Shown here in pieces: positions 37,829-47,658 of a stretch of DNA of 64,000 nucleotides. The notes below the pieces were generated by a model. The model had not been told where the DNA came from. It did no database searches and saw nothing but the letters and a program-made list of their open reading frames with translations. The translations under genes and the position numbers were made by a program. This stretch comes from Ignavibacteria bacterium (GTDB taxonomy: Bacteria; Bacteroidota; Ignavibacteria; Kapaibacteriales; Kapaibacteriaceae). The stretch is from the NCBI GenBank assembly GCA_947458785.1, contig CANGZU010000001.1:4269-68268 (forward strand). Reading direction: 5' to 3'. How positions within the stretch are numbered: the first letter of the stretch is position 1; each line of letters begins with the position of its first letter.

Positions 37829-40800
37829 ATGAGACTTGTTCTCGCCCTCCTCGTTCTTCCTGCTGTGCTCATCGCACAGCTTCTTCCCACGCCAAGTACA
37901 GAACAACTCGATATCGCATTTCGAGCGATGAAGTTTCGATGCATCGGCCCCTACCGAGCGGGTCGATCCCTGGCCGTTGCAGGGCACCCAGACCTGAAGT
38001 CGACTTACTACTTCGGAGCGACGGGAGGGGGCGTTTGGAAGTCGGAAGATGGTGGTGAGAACTGGCGATCAGTCTCTGACGCAACATTCGGATCTTCAAG
38101 TGTGGGGGCGATCACCATCGCCCCCTCCGATCCTAACGTTGTTTATGTAGGAATGGGCGAGACTGACATCCGGGGCAACATCTCGCCCGGCGATGGTATG
38201 TACAAGACCACTGATGGTGGCCATACGTGGAGGCACATCGGTCTGCGCGAAGCAACGATGGTAGCAGATATCGTTGTGGACCCCGAGGATGAGAACGTTG
38301 TGCTTGTCTCTGCGATGGGCAATGTCTTTTCAGCCAATGAAGAACGGGGCATCTACAAATCAACCAATGGCGGCGAAACATGGCGCAAGGTGCTCTATCG
38401 CAATGATAGCACCGGCGGCATGACGCTGAAGATGGACCCAAACAATCCACGCATCGTGTACGCTTCGCTTTGGCAGGCATACCGCAATGCATACAGCATG
38501 AGTAGTGGCGGCAAGGGCTCCGGTCTCTTCAAGAGTACGGATGGTGGAGAGACGTGGAGGGAAATCACGACGAATCCAGGAATGCCCAAGGGCATCCTCG
38601 GTAAGATCAATGTTGATGTTTCTCGCGCACAACGCAATCTTGTCTGGGCAATGATCGAAAGCGAGCACGGTGGTCTGTTCAAAAGTGTTGATGGAGGGTA
38701 TTCGTGGTCACGCGTGAGCACGTATGCCGAGATCCGTCAGCGTCCGTGGTACTTTAACCATGTCTATGCCGACCCGCTCGATGCCAACACTGTTTATGTA
38801 CTCAATGTTGGATGGCACAAGAGTACAGATGGCGGACGCACCTTTACTGGACTCGGTTCGAACCATGGCGACCATCACGACCTATGGATCGACCCAACTG
38901 ATCCTAAGCGCATGATCATCGGTGACGACGGAGGCGCTGTGGTTACAGAAGATGGCTGGAAGCACTGGACAGAGGACGACGTTGCAACTGCACAGTTCTA
39001 CCATGTGAGCGTTGACAACCATTTCCCCTACAGACTTTACGGCGCACAACAAGACAACACCACATGCTCTATTCCCCATCGTCTGATCGGGGGCTGGTCA
39101 ATCGGCAAGAACGACTGGTATCCAGTTGCAGGCTTCGAGAGCGGTTATGTTATTCCCCACCCAACGGACCCTGATATCACATTTGGCGGTAATTACTCAG
39201 GATACATCGGACGTAAATCCCTGAAGCTCAATCAGGAGCAAGACATTTCTGTCTACCCAGAGAACCCCATCGGCGAGGGATCTATCGATCGCAATGAGAG
39301 ATTCCAGTGGACCTTCCCGCTTATGTTTTCACCGCACGATAACAAGGTACTCTACACCACATCTCAGCACGTTTGGAAGAGCACAAACGAGGGTATGAGT
39401 TGGACGAAGATCAGTACTGATCTTACGAGAAACGATCCGTCGAAGCAGCAGCCCTCAGGAGGCCCGATCACAAAGGACAATACCGGCGTCGAGGTCTACA
39501 ACACCATCTTCACCTTCGCTGAGTCCCCCGTCAAGCAAGGCGTTCTCTGGACAGGAAGCGACTGCGGCTTGATACATGTGAGTACCGACAATGGCAACAC
39601 TTGGAAGAACGTTACTCCAAAGGGTCTGCCTGAATCACTGGTGAGTATGATCTCACCGTCGCCATTTGATGCAGGAACCGCTTATGCCGCAGTAAACCGC
39701 TATAAGCATGGCGACATGGCTCCATACATCTACAAGACAACAGACTACGGCGCCTCTTGGACGCTGATCACACAAGGCATCCCTGCAGGTGCATTTGCAC
39801 GCGTTGTTCGCGAAGACCCCTTCCGCAAAGGGCTGCTGTATGCGGGCACAGAACAAGGGATCTTCATTTCGTTCAATGCTGGAGCTACATGGAGCAGGTT
39901 CCGGCTGAACTTCCCAGTTACACCAGTTCACGACCTCGTCATACATCCAACGGAAAAGGATCTCGTGATCTGCACACACGGACGCTCTTTCTGGATCCTT
40001 GACGACCTGACACCACTGCACCAATACTCAGTCCCTTCCAAGAAGCTTCTTACGGCACATGCGCCACGTCACACCTATCGGGTGGCAGGGGGCTCATGGA
40101 GCGAACCAACAATGAACGTTGGGGAGAATGCACCATCTGGTGTGCAACTGTTCTACACCCTAACGGACACCACATCGAAGGAGCTGCGCATTACGATCCG
40201 AACCGAGCAGGGCGACAGTATCATAGCATACTCAAGCACAACAACTCCTAAGGGTGAACCGATTAAGATTGATCGCAATTTCCACGTCGACCCTCTCCAT
40301 CGTGCATCAGCGGAGGCACCAACGATGTACAGTGGTCTGAACAAGTTTAGATGGAACATGCGCTGGCCTGATGCCGAGGAGCTCGAGGGTGCACTCCTCT
40401 GGGGTGGCGGCACAGAGGGCCCGCTTGCTGCGCCCGGATGGTACAAGGCAACTTTCACACTTGGCGATCAATCAGAAACTGTTCCCTTTGAGATCCGCAT
40501 GGATCCGAGGCTCGATACGCCACGCGAAGATCTCGTTGCCCAGTTCGAACTTCACCAGCAGATCAACACGAAGCTCTCTGAGATCAACAAAGCAATCAAA
40601 CGTATTCGTGAAGTTCGCTCGATTGTTGCAAGTGTAAAGTCTAGCTGGTCAGACCTCGATTCTACCCAGACGAAGACTGTCGATACGCTTGCAAAGCATA
40701 TCAGCGATACGCTGACGTCGGTCGAGGATGCGCTGATCCAGACTAAGGCAAAGGCATTCCAGGATCTGCTGAACTATCCTGTAAAGCTCAACAACAAGAT

Positions 40801-41005
40801 CGCTTCACTTGCGAGCGTTGCTACAAGCGCAGACAGACGTCCGACCAAGCAGACGTACGATCTCTTCGATCAGCTCGCACGCGAGGCCGACACATACCTG
40901 CGGAAGTTGTATGATGTTGATGAGAAGCTTCTCATAGAACTCAACGCAAAGATCAAACAACTAGATCTTCCGATCATTCCGAAAAAGAAGCCTAGCAAGA
41001 AGTGA
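37829..41005 (+). CDS. VPS10/sortilin-like BNR-repeat protein (putative glycosyl hydrolase)
   Basis: FRCIGP.RAGR, many KSTDGG.TW Asp-box repeats, GAQQDN, THGRSFWILDD. Confidence 0.88.
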   Translation: MRLVLALLVLPAVLIAQLLPTPSTEQLDIAFRAMKFRCIGPYRAGRSLAVAGHPDLKSTYYFGATGGGVWKSEDGGENWRSVSDATFGSSSVGAITIAPSDPNVVYVGMGETDIRGNISPGDGMYKTTDGGHTWRHIGLREATMVADIVVDPEDENVVLVSAMGNVFSANEERGIYKSTNGGETWRKVLYRNDSTGGMTLKMDPNNPRIVYASLWQAYRNAYSMSSGGKGSGLFKSTDGGETWREITTNPGMPKGILGKINVDVSRAQRNLVWAMIESEHGGLFKSVDGGYSWSRVSTYAEIRQRPWYFNHVYADPLDANTVYVLNVGWHKSTDGGRTFTGLGSNHGDHHDLWIDPTDPKRMIIGDDGGAVVTEDGWKHWTEDDVATAQFYHVSVDNHFPYRLYGAQQDNTTCSIPHRLIGGWSIGKNDWYPVAGFESGYVIPHPTDPDITFGGNYSGYIGRKSLKLNQEQDISVYPENPIGEGSIDRNERFQWTFPLMFSPHDNKVLYTTSQHVWKSTNEGMSWTKISTDLTRNDPSKQQPSGGPITKDNTGVEVYNTIFTFAESPVKQGVLWTGSDCGLIHVSTDNGNTWKNVTPKGLPESLVSMISPSPFDAGTAYAAVNRYKHGDMAPYIYKTTDYGASWTLITQGIPAGAFARVVREDPFRKGLLYAGTEQGIFISFNAGATWSRFRLNFPVTPVHDLVIHPTEKDLVICTHGRSFWILDDLTPLHQYSVPSKKLLTAHAPRHTYRVAGGSWSEPTMNVGENAPSGVQLFYTLTDTTSKELRITIRTEQGDSIIAYSSTTTPKGEPIKIDRNFHVDPLHRASAEAPTMYSGLNKFRWNMRWPDAEELEGALLWGGGTEGPLAAPGWYKATFTLGDQSETVPFEIRMDPRLDTPREDLVAQFELHQQINTKLSEINKAIKRIREVRSIVASVKSSWSDLDSTQTKTVDTLAKHISDTLTSVEDALIQTKAKAFQDLLNYPVKLNNKIASLASVATSADRRPTKQTYDLFDQLAREADTYLRKLYDVDEKLLIELNAKIKQLDLPIIPKKKPSKK

Positions 41006-41589
41006 AGCAACGTTCAGCACAGATCATCATCATCTGGCTTGCGGCCATCGTTGCCTCGATGTTGTGGCTCGACAAGCCCCTTGCCCTCTGGATTGAAAGC
41101 ACGCAGACGGATTTCAGTCGCATGCTTGGTCACTGGTTAGAGGAAGCCGGTAAAGCACACTGGATCTTAGGTTACTGCATCGTGATCACAGGTATAGCTT
41201 GGCGATCACGACGTGACGAGGCATACAATCACCTTCGTCTTTTTGGTGCTGTTGCAGCGTCGGGCATCATTGCGAACATCATCAAGGTCATCGCCTGTCG
41301 TCCACGTCCGCCACTGTTCATCGAACAGTCAATAACCGATTGGAATGTGCTTGGGTTCCAGATGGACTATATGTGGAATTCATTTCCGAGCGGACATGCT
41401 ACAACGGGGCTTGCCATAGCCGTTGCGGGTGCTGCTGCATATCCTCGTGCAAAGCATGCATTCTGGATTGTCGGCATAGCCATCGCGCTTGGACGCATCA
41501 TGCTCAACGTACACTACCTAAGTGATGTACTTACGGGAAGTCTCATAGGGGTGGTTGTGGCTGAGATACTAATAACTCTGAAACGCTGA
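41002..41589 (+). CDS. PAP2 family phosphatase (LpxE/LpxF-like)
   Basis: KVIACRPRP, FPSGH, GRIMLNVHYLSDV. Confidence 0.88.
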   Translation: MKQRSAQIIIIWLAAIVASMLWLDKPLALWIESTQTDFSRMLGHWLEEAGKAHWILGYCIVITGIAWRSRRDEAYNHLRLFGAVAASGIIANIIKVIACRPRPPLFIEQSITDWNVLGFQMDYMWNSFPSGHATTGLAIAVAGAAAYPRAKHAFWIVGIAIALGRIMLNVHYLSDVLTGSLIGVVVAEILITLKR

Positions 41590-41593
41590 AGTG

Positions 41594-42481
41594 TCAGCTT
41601 TTGTGTAGCCAATTATGATTGAGCGGGAACCCCATTCGCAGTGAGTCAATCATGTAGGTATCAATCAGATTCACTACAGTAGTTTTCCATGTGTTATTAG
41701 GTTCGATAACAGATAATAAATGATCAAGAAGAATAAGTGTATTGCTGATGCCTCGAATGCTCGAACTCATCTCGTTGACAAGATGCCGAGGTTTGGTACG
41801 TGGGATCTTCGCAGTAACCGTTAGCTCCCGGTTCCACAATCGACCATGATGTGCACAGATGTTTCGAACATATGTTAAGTGTTGCATCCAAGATGCTAGC
41901 ACATCATGATCTATTCCGAATGGCTTACTGATGAGGGATCGCGTTCGGTTGTCACGAAGATTCGCAAAGCATTTTGACAATAGTCCTAACGACAGCACTT
42001 CACAGACTGCCCATACGGGAGGTGTGGGATCAACGTACTTATCTCTGAAGTGCCTTACAAACAATTCATGAGAGCGGCTCAACTCTCGTTGCATCTCTGT
42101 GAGGTTTCTATCTCCATGCTGAAGATCCTTGAAAAGATGCGGTTTGAGATGAGCAAAAGGTCCATGCTCCATTCCCATGTGATGGGCCCACATAGAGCGC
42201 ATCGACACCTCGACCCGTTCTATCGCGGAAAGCACAAGCAATCGAAGTTCGCGATCAAACAGATAGTGATCAACGACTCGTTGAAAGTTCGTACCTGGCT
42301 TGAATCGATGTGTTTCATGATCCGCCTCGAAGGGCAGCCAGTAAGCACCAAGACGATAATAGTTTAGATGTCTTAGATAGTGCTCCGCTATAGACACGTC
42401 ATCGAAACACATCCCTCTGCGTTGAAGAATCTCAACCTGGTCAGTAATCGGCTTGGGGTCTTTTGAAAATGGAACTTTCAC
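41594..42481 (-). CDS. Abi family (Abi_2/AbiF-like) HEPN ribonuclease
   Basis: Q..IL..RGM, NYYRLGAY, Y.FDRELR, IERVEV, PPVW..E..SLG, HEPN RNICAHH.RLWNR; GTG start (VKVPFSK) preferred. Confidence 0.9.
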   Translation of the reverse strand: MKVPFSKDPKPITDQVEILQRRGMCFDDVSIAEHYLRHLNYYRLGAYWLPFEADHETHRFKPGTNFQRVVDHYLFDRELRLLVLSAIERVEVSMRSMWAHHMGMEHGPFAHLKPHLFKDLQHGDRNLTEMQRELSRSHELFVRHFRDKYVDPTPPVWAVCEVLSLGLLSKCFANLRDNRTRSLISKPFGIDHDVLASWMQHLTYVRNICAHHGRLWNRELTVTAKIPRTKPRHLVNEMSSSIRGISNTLILLDHLLSVIEPNNTWKTTVVNLIDTYMIDSLRMGFPLNHNWLHKS

Positions 42482-42499
42482 GGCGCAACTCTCTTCCAA

Positions 42500-42560
42500 A
42501 AAGAAGTAACCCGCCGATTTGAGGGTACACTAACGTGCATAGCCTTGGCGGGTTTTGTTG
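42500..42560 (-). ncRNA. Structured RNA upstream of the Abi gene (abiF-motif-like, candidate antitoxin)
   Basis: Minus strand ACAACAAAACCCGCC-AAGG-CT-ATGCAC-GTTA-GTGTAC-CCT-CAAATC-GGCGGGTT; perfect 8-bp outer stem and nested inner stem. Confidence 0.68.
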
Positions 42561-42563
42561 TCA

Positions 42564-42571
42564 CAAAACTA
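42564..42571 (-). promoter_or_regulatory. Putative -7 promoter element TAGTTTTG for the RNA-abi unit
   Basis: Exact TAnnTTTG match just 5' of the hairpin; TTGC about 20 nt further upstream. Confidence 0.6.
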
Positions 42572-42616
42572 CATTAGCCGCTACTGATATGCAACGAGCC
42601 CTCAATTCGGCACATC

Positions 42617-43909
42617 TTAGCTATGAACACCAAGCCTTCTGCGTAGCTCATCGAGCCCAGGATTTCCCACGCTGCCAAGCGCAGCCGTTGCATCTGCACC
42701 ACCATCATGACTGCTACGCATAGGTTTGCCCTCGGCTACTTGTTGCGCTACCTCCTTGTAGGCCTCGCGGAACGGCATGCCTTGACGTACCAGATCGTCC
42801 ACCCGATCAACACTGAACAACGCATCATACATTTCATTATCAAGTATGTCGATGCGCGGCATGATCATCGGCGTCACATGTTGCGCTACGCGCAGACACA
42901 GCCCGATCTCATCAATTGTGTGCACGATGCGATCTTTCGTGAACTGCATGTCACGGTGATAGCCAGATGGCAGGTTTGTGCAAATGAGCGTTATTTCTTG
43001 TGCAACAGACTGGAGTCTGTTGCAGCGCGCGCGCAGAACCTCGAATACATCGGGGTTCTTCTTGTGCGGCATGATGCTCGAGCCCGTCGTCAGTGAATCT
43101 GGCAGAGAAACAAAGGCAAAGTTCTGACTTACATAGTGCACGACATCAGATGCAAACCGCGCAAGTGTCGAGGCCACCTGTCCGATGGCAAGCGCTGCAA
43201 GTTTCTCCGTACGCCCGCGCGACATTTGTGCAAAGGTGCTTGTCACATGCACGCGATCAAAGTTCAGCGCCTCTGTTGTGCGAATTCTGTCAAGGGGCAA
43301 GCGAGTACCGTATCCAGCAGCACTACCGAGGGGGTTGGCATTGGCCGCATCAATCGCCATATCAAGCACACGCATATCCTCGATGAGGGCCTCCGCATAG
43401 CCCCCTAACCAAAGGGCAACACTTGATGGCATCGCAACTTGATAGTGCGTATATCCGGGTAAGAGAACTGTTGCATGACGTTCAGCATGGTCGATGAGCA
43501 GGCTGGCGAGTTCTCTCACCGCACCCTTAATCGCACGGAGTTCGTGACGCAGAAAAAGCTTAAGATCAACGAGAACCTGATCGTTTCTGCTACGACCAGT
43601 GTGAACCTTCTTTCCGACATCGCCGAGTTTCTCGGTAAGGATCATTTCAACCTGCGAATGAATGTCTTCGACTCCATCTTCAATGACAATGCCTTCTGTG
43701 TCAATTGTTGCAAGAAGCTCACTCAGCGCAGTAACAAGCTGCTGTGATTCTTCGTGTGGAATCAACCCTACGGCACCAAGCATTTCAGCATGAGCGATTG
43801 ATCCGACAACGTCCCACCGGGCAAGGCGCACATCAACCGTACGGTCATCGCCTACTGTAAACGACTCCATGATCGCATCGATTGGAGTTCCTTTATCCCA
43901 AAGCTTCAC
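42617..43909 (-). CDS. argH: Argininosuccinate lyase
   Basis: MKLW, EDIHS, HTGRSRNDQ, PGYTH, TGSSIMPHKKNPD. Confidence 0.97.
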   Translation of the reverse strand: MKLWDKGTPIDAIMESFTVGDDRTVDVRLARWDVVGSIAHAEMLGAVGLIPHEESQQLVTALSELLATIDTEGIVIEDGVEDIHSQVEMILTEKLGDVGKKVHTGRSRNDQVLVDLKLFLRHELRAIKGAVRELASLLIDHAERHATVLLPGYTHYQVAMPSSVALWLGGYAEALIEDMRVLDMAIDAANANPLGSAAGYGTRLPLDRIRTTEALNFDRVHVTSTFAQMSRGRTEKLAALAIGQVASTLARFASDVVHYVSQNFAFVSLPDSLTTGSSIMPHKKNPDVFEVLRARCNRLQSVAQEITLICTNLPSGYHRDMQFTKDRIVHTIDEIGLCLRVAQHVTPMIMPRIDILDNEMYDALFSVDRVDDLVRQGMPFREAYKEVAQQVAEGKPMRSSHDGGADATAALGSVGNPGLDELRRRLGVHS

Positions 43910-44973
43910 GATAGCCTCCGCATCATGGTGTCGAGTAGGTTAATCAATGTCGGAACAGAAGTTTCGAGTTCTTCAATGCCAATCCATTCATCAGGAGTAT
44001 GAGATCTCGATGAATGGCCAGGGCCGATCTTCAACGAAGGAACACCATATGGCAAGAGCGCTTGGTCTGACAACGTCGGACTGCCATACGTCCTAATGCC
44101 GAGTTCGAGTCCCGCCTTTACAAGTGGATGCTCTACCGGAATTGAGGACGACTGCAATCGCATGGATCGGGGCACAACATCACATTGCACGTGTTCACGA
44201 ATCACCTCAACGACCTCTTGATTTGTATAGGCATCGGTCACGCGCACATCCACAACAAAGTCGCAGCGATCGGGCACAACGTTATGCTGAGAGCCAGCAT
44301 TGATTTGCGTAACTGTCATCTTAACCTTACCGAGCTGCTCAGACACTCGATCAAACGCATACGTTTTGAACCATTCGATGTCCCGAAGTGCGTTTGTGAT
44401 GGCATTAATGCCCTCCTCCCGAGCAGCATGTCCTGTGCGTCCATGCGCAGTGCAATCCAGCACAACAAGCCCCTTCTCCGAAATCGCAAGCTCCATGGCT
44501 GTTGGCTCGCCAACAAGCGCGAGATCTATCGGATAGGAGTTCCAGAGCTGTCGCGTTAATGCGTCCATGCCGCCAGTGCCCGATACTTCTTCTTCGGCTG
44601 TTGCCGCAAAGACAAACTCAACCGGCAAATCAGTGTGTGATTGATAATGCAGAAAGGCGGCAAGCATCATCATCAGCGCCCCACCTGCATCGTTGCTGCC
44701 AAGGCCGTAGAGTCGGTCGTTTTCGATGGCAGCGCCAAACGGATCCTTCGTCCAGCCTTGGCCTGGACGGACAGTATCGTGATGTGAATTTAGCAGGACG
44801 CGCATCGCGCCTTGCTTGAACGAGCCAGCAAAACTCTTAGCAACAACGTTGTTGCCAATGCGCTGAACATGAAGATCGCGTTCATGTAGGTATTGCTCAA
44901 TGATATCGGCCGTAGCATGTTCTTCCCGAGAGAAGGACTGCGTTGCAATCAACTGACGTAGCAGGTCGATCAT
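43906..44973 (-). CDS. argE: M20 deacylase, ArgE-like (acetyl/succinyl-citrulline or ornithine deacylase)
   Basis: NSHHDTV, GLGSNDAG, AEEE, GEPT, SHTPDE; arg operon context. Confidence 0.85.
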   Translation of the reverse strand: MIDLLRQLIATQSFSREEHATADIIEQYLHERDLHVQRIGNNVVAKSFAGSFKQGAMRVLLNSHHDTVRPGQGWTKDPFGAAIENDRLYGLGSNDAGGALMMMLAAFLHYQSHTDLPVEFVFAATAEEEVSGTGGMDALTRQLWNSYPIDLALVGEPTAMELAISEKGLVVLDCTAHGRTGHAAREEGINAITNALRDIEWFKTYAFDRVSEQLGKVKMTVTQINAGSQHNVVPDRCDFVVDVRVTDAYTNQEVVEVIREHVQCDVVPRSMRLQSSSIPVEHPLVKAGLELGIRTYGSPTLSDQALLPYGVPSLKIGPGHSSRSHTPDEWIGIEELETSVPTLINLLDTMMRRLS

Positions 44974-45734
44974 TGAATCACCGTCCCCTTTTGTGTGCCG
45001 AGATCTTCAGCATGCTGAATTCGGACCTTAATGCCAGCGCGTGCAGCATCCACAGCCATGGTAATCTTAGGGAGCATTCCTGCATGCAAGATTCCTTCGG
45101 CCACCAGCTCATCCACCTGATCGGCCTTGATTTCGGGAATCACTGATGATATGTCATCAACATCACGAAGAACACCATGCAAATCGAAAAGGTAGGCAAG
45201 CTCTACTGGTTCGGCTCCAGATGCAGCAAGAGCTTTTGCGATCTCAGCTGCAACCGTATCAGCATTTGTATTGAGTAGCTGCCCTTTGCCATCGTGGGTA
45301 ATGGGCGCAACGACCAGCGATACCCCCTGATGGAGAATCTCTTGCAGTCGTTGAGCATTCACGCTCACGACGTCACCAACAAATCCAAAGTCGACCTCTG
45401 GGTGCTCTCGGCGCTTGGCAGTGATCAGATTCATATCGGCGCCGCACACACCCAACGCGTCTAATGACAGGGCCTGCAGCCTTGCTATGATATCCTTGTT
45501 TATCAAGCCAGCATAAGTCATCGTCACAATGCGCAGCGTGTCAGCGTCGGTGATGCGCCGTCCACCCACCATCGCTTGAGGTATGTTCAATGCATGAGCT
45601 ATCTCCGTGGCTACTCTTCCGCCACCGTGAACAAGAATGAAGGGGGCCTGCAGTACTGCGCATGCACGAAGGACACGCTGCAGCATCTCTGCATCATCAA
45701 TGACGCCTCCTCCGATCTTGATCACGTGTATCAT
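44970..45734 (-). CDS. argB: Acetylglutamate kinase
   Basis: KIGG, VHGGG, GRRITD, LLNTNADT, GMLPK. Confidence 0.95.
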   Translation of the reverse strand: MIHVIKIGGGVIDDAEMLQRVLRACAVLQAPFILVHGGGRVATEIAHALNIPQAMVGGRRITDADTLRIVTMTYAGLINKDIIARLQALSLDALGVCGADMNLITAKRREHPEVDFGFVGDVVSVNAQRLQEILHQGVSLVVAPITHDGKGQLLNTNADTVAAEIAKALAASGAEPVELAYLFDLHGVLRDVDDISSVIPEIKADQVDELVAEGILHAGMLPKITMAVDAARAGIKVRIQHAEDLGTQKGTVIQ

Positions 45735-46690
45735 GCGAGCCCCTTGAGCATGTATGCGAGCACGGTCTGTGCCGATACGACACGATTGGCTGCTTGAGGG
45801 ATCACGATCGAGTTTGTACTGTCGATTACTTCGTCTGTGACGATCATATTTCTCCGCACAGGCAGACAGTGCATGAACTTTGCATTGTCCGTGAGAGCCA
45901 TCTTCTTAGTTGAAACAGTCCACGACGTATCCTGCGAGAGGATCTGTCCGTATGGCTCAACAGCCGACCAGTTCTTCGCATAAACGAAATGTGCACCTTT
46001 GAGCGCTGCATCCTGATCGTTTGTTACATGTACACCCTCAACAAAGGATGGATCAAGGTCGTAGCCCTCAGGGTGCGTTACAACAAGCTCAACATCTGCA
46101 TGCTTCATCCACTCCGTGAACGAGTTTGCAACAGCCTGTGGCAGAGCTTTGGGATGCGGTGCCCATGATAGAACCACTTTGGGACGCTGCGTTGTCTTGT
46201 GCTGTTCAATGGTGACGAGATCAGCGAAGCTTTGCAATGGGTGGCGCGTTGCACTCTCGAGGCTGATCACTGGAACGCCGCTGTGCTGAATGAACTTTTC
46301 AAGCACCGTTTCTTGATAGTCATACGTGCGGTCCGTTAGTCCGGCAAAGGTGCGCAGACCAAGGATGTCGCAGTAGGCTCCCATCACAGCCGCAGCCTCT
46401 TTGATGTGCTCGGTGGTGCTGCCGTTCATGATCACGCCGTCACGTGTTTCAAGTGTCCATGAATCACTGCCGGCGTTAAGAACAATCGTCTCGGCACCCA
46501 ACAGACTCGCCGCCTTTTGCGTGCTCATGCGCGTTCGCAGTGATGGGTTCATGAACAACAGGCCAACAGTCTTACGCTTTCCGAGGCACTCGTCTTTCCA
46601 AGGAGATTCGGCATAGGCCAGCGCATCGGTGATGGCCTGCGAAAGTCCGTAGCCATTGAGAAGATCGTGAACAGATGTAAACCGTTTCAT
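45731..46690 (-). CDS. argF: N-acyl-ornithine carbamoyltransferase (ArgF'-type)
   Basis: SLRT carbamoyl-phosphate motif, HPLQ, WAPHPKALPQAV, FMHCLPVRRN. Confidence 0.9.
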   Translation of the reverse strand: MKRFTSVHDLLNGYGLSQAITDALAYAESPWKDECLGKRKTVGLLFMNPSLRTRMSTQKAASLLGAETIVLNAGSDSWTLETRDGVIMNGSTTEHIKEAAAVMGAYCDILGLRTFAGLTDRTYDYQETVLEKFIQHSGVPVISLESATRHPLQSFADLVTIEQHKTTQRPKVVLSWAPHPKALPQAVANSFTEWMKHADVELVVTHPEGYDLDPSFVEGVHVTNDQDAALKGAHFVYAKNWSAVEPYGQILSQDTSWTVSTKKMALTDNAKFMHCLPVRRNMIVTDEVIDSTNSIVIPQAANRVVSAQTVLAYMLKGLA

Positions 46691-46698
46691 ATGCCTTG

Positions 46699-47658
46699 TT
46701 AGAATGCAGATGCTTTGGTGAGGAGTCCAGCCGTTTCATCAATGCCGAACATGATGTTCATATTCTGCACGGCCTGACCTGAAGCCCCCTTCATGAGGTT
46801 GTCGATCACAGAAACGATGAGCAGCGCTGACTCCGATGCAACGATACCTATGTGACACATATTGGTGTTGACCACGGACTTGACGTCTGGTTCTGCGTCA
46901 CGAACGACCACAAAGGGATGGCTCGCATAGTACACACGGTAGAGCTGCTCGAGCTGTTGCGCATCATATTCGCCAGGTATCACGCACGTCGTATAGATTC
47001 CGCGGCTAAATGGACCTCGCAAGGGGATGAAATTCAGACTCGCAACGCCAAGCGTCTGTTTGATCTCTGCTTCATGTTGATGCTGAAACACTCTGTAGGC
47101 ATTCACATTGCTGTATCGCCACGAAAAATGTGTCGTATCGATTGGCTGCTGCCCGGCTCCGGTAGAGCCAGTCATCGACTGCGCAATAATGTCTCCATGC
47201 AAAGCAGCAGACTCAGCTAGCGGCAAAAGGGCGAGCTCAACAGAGGTAGCAAGACATCCAGGATTAGCAACTCTAGTTGACGTCGACAACTGCTTACGAT
47301 ACTTCTCTGGCAATCCGTAAACAAATGGACTATCGGCACTCATTGCGCGGAAGTCCATGCTTAAGTCGATGACCTTCACTTGATCGGGCACGTCATGTAT
47401 GCTCATCCAGACACGACTCTTCCCATGCCCCATGCAGAGAAAAACCACATCCACGTTCTCGAATGAGGTCAACTCGCCAACAAAGGTCAAGTCTGTGTAT
47501 CCCCAAAGATCACTGTGTGCACTAGCAAGGGGCTTACCTGCATGCGAACTGCTCACGGCCGTGATTGTTGCAGCATTAACGAGCGGATGTTGCAGCAGCA
47601 GGCGTAGTGTTTCGCCTCCTGTATAGCCTGCTGCACCGATAACGGCGGCCTTGATCAT
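46699..47658 (-). CDS. argC: N-acetyl-gamma-glutamyl-phosphate reductase
   Basis: GAAGYTG, ANPGC, TGSTGAG, IDNLMKGASGQAVQN. Confidence 0.95.
   Translation of the reverse strand: MIKAAVIGAAGYTGGETLRLLLQHPLVNAATITAVSSSHAGKPLASAHSDLWGYTDLTFVGELTSFENVDVVFLCMGHGKSRVWMSIHDVPDQVKVIDLSMDFRAMSADSPFVYGLPEKYRKQLSTSTRVANPGCLATSVELALLPLAESAALHGDIIAQSMTGSTGAGQQPIDTTHFSWRYSNVNAYRVFQHQHEAEIKQTLGVASLNFIPLRGPFSRGIYTTCVIPGEYDAQQLEQLYRVYYASHPFVVVRDAEPDVKSVVNTNMCHIGIVASESALLIVSVIDNLMKGASGQAVQNMNIMFGIDETAGLLTKASAF

Noticed and set aside
41590..42616. Prophage, integron cassette or IS carrying the abi gene
   Set aside because: No integrase, transposase, attC-like site or flanking direct repeats were recognised
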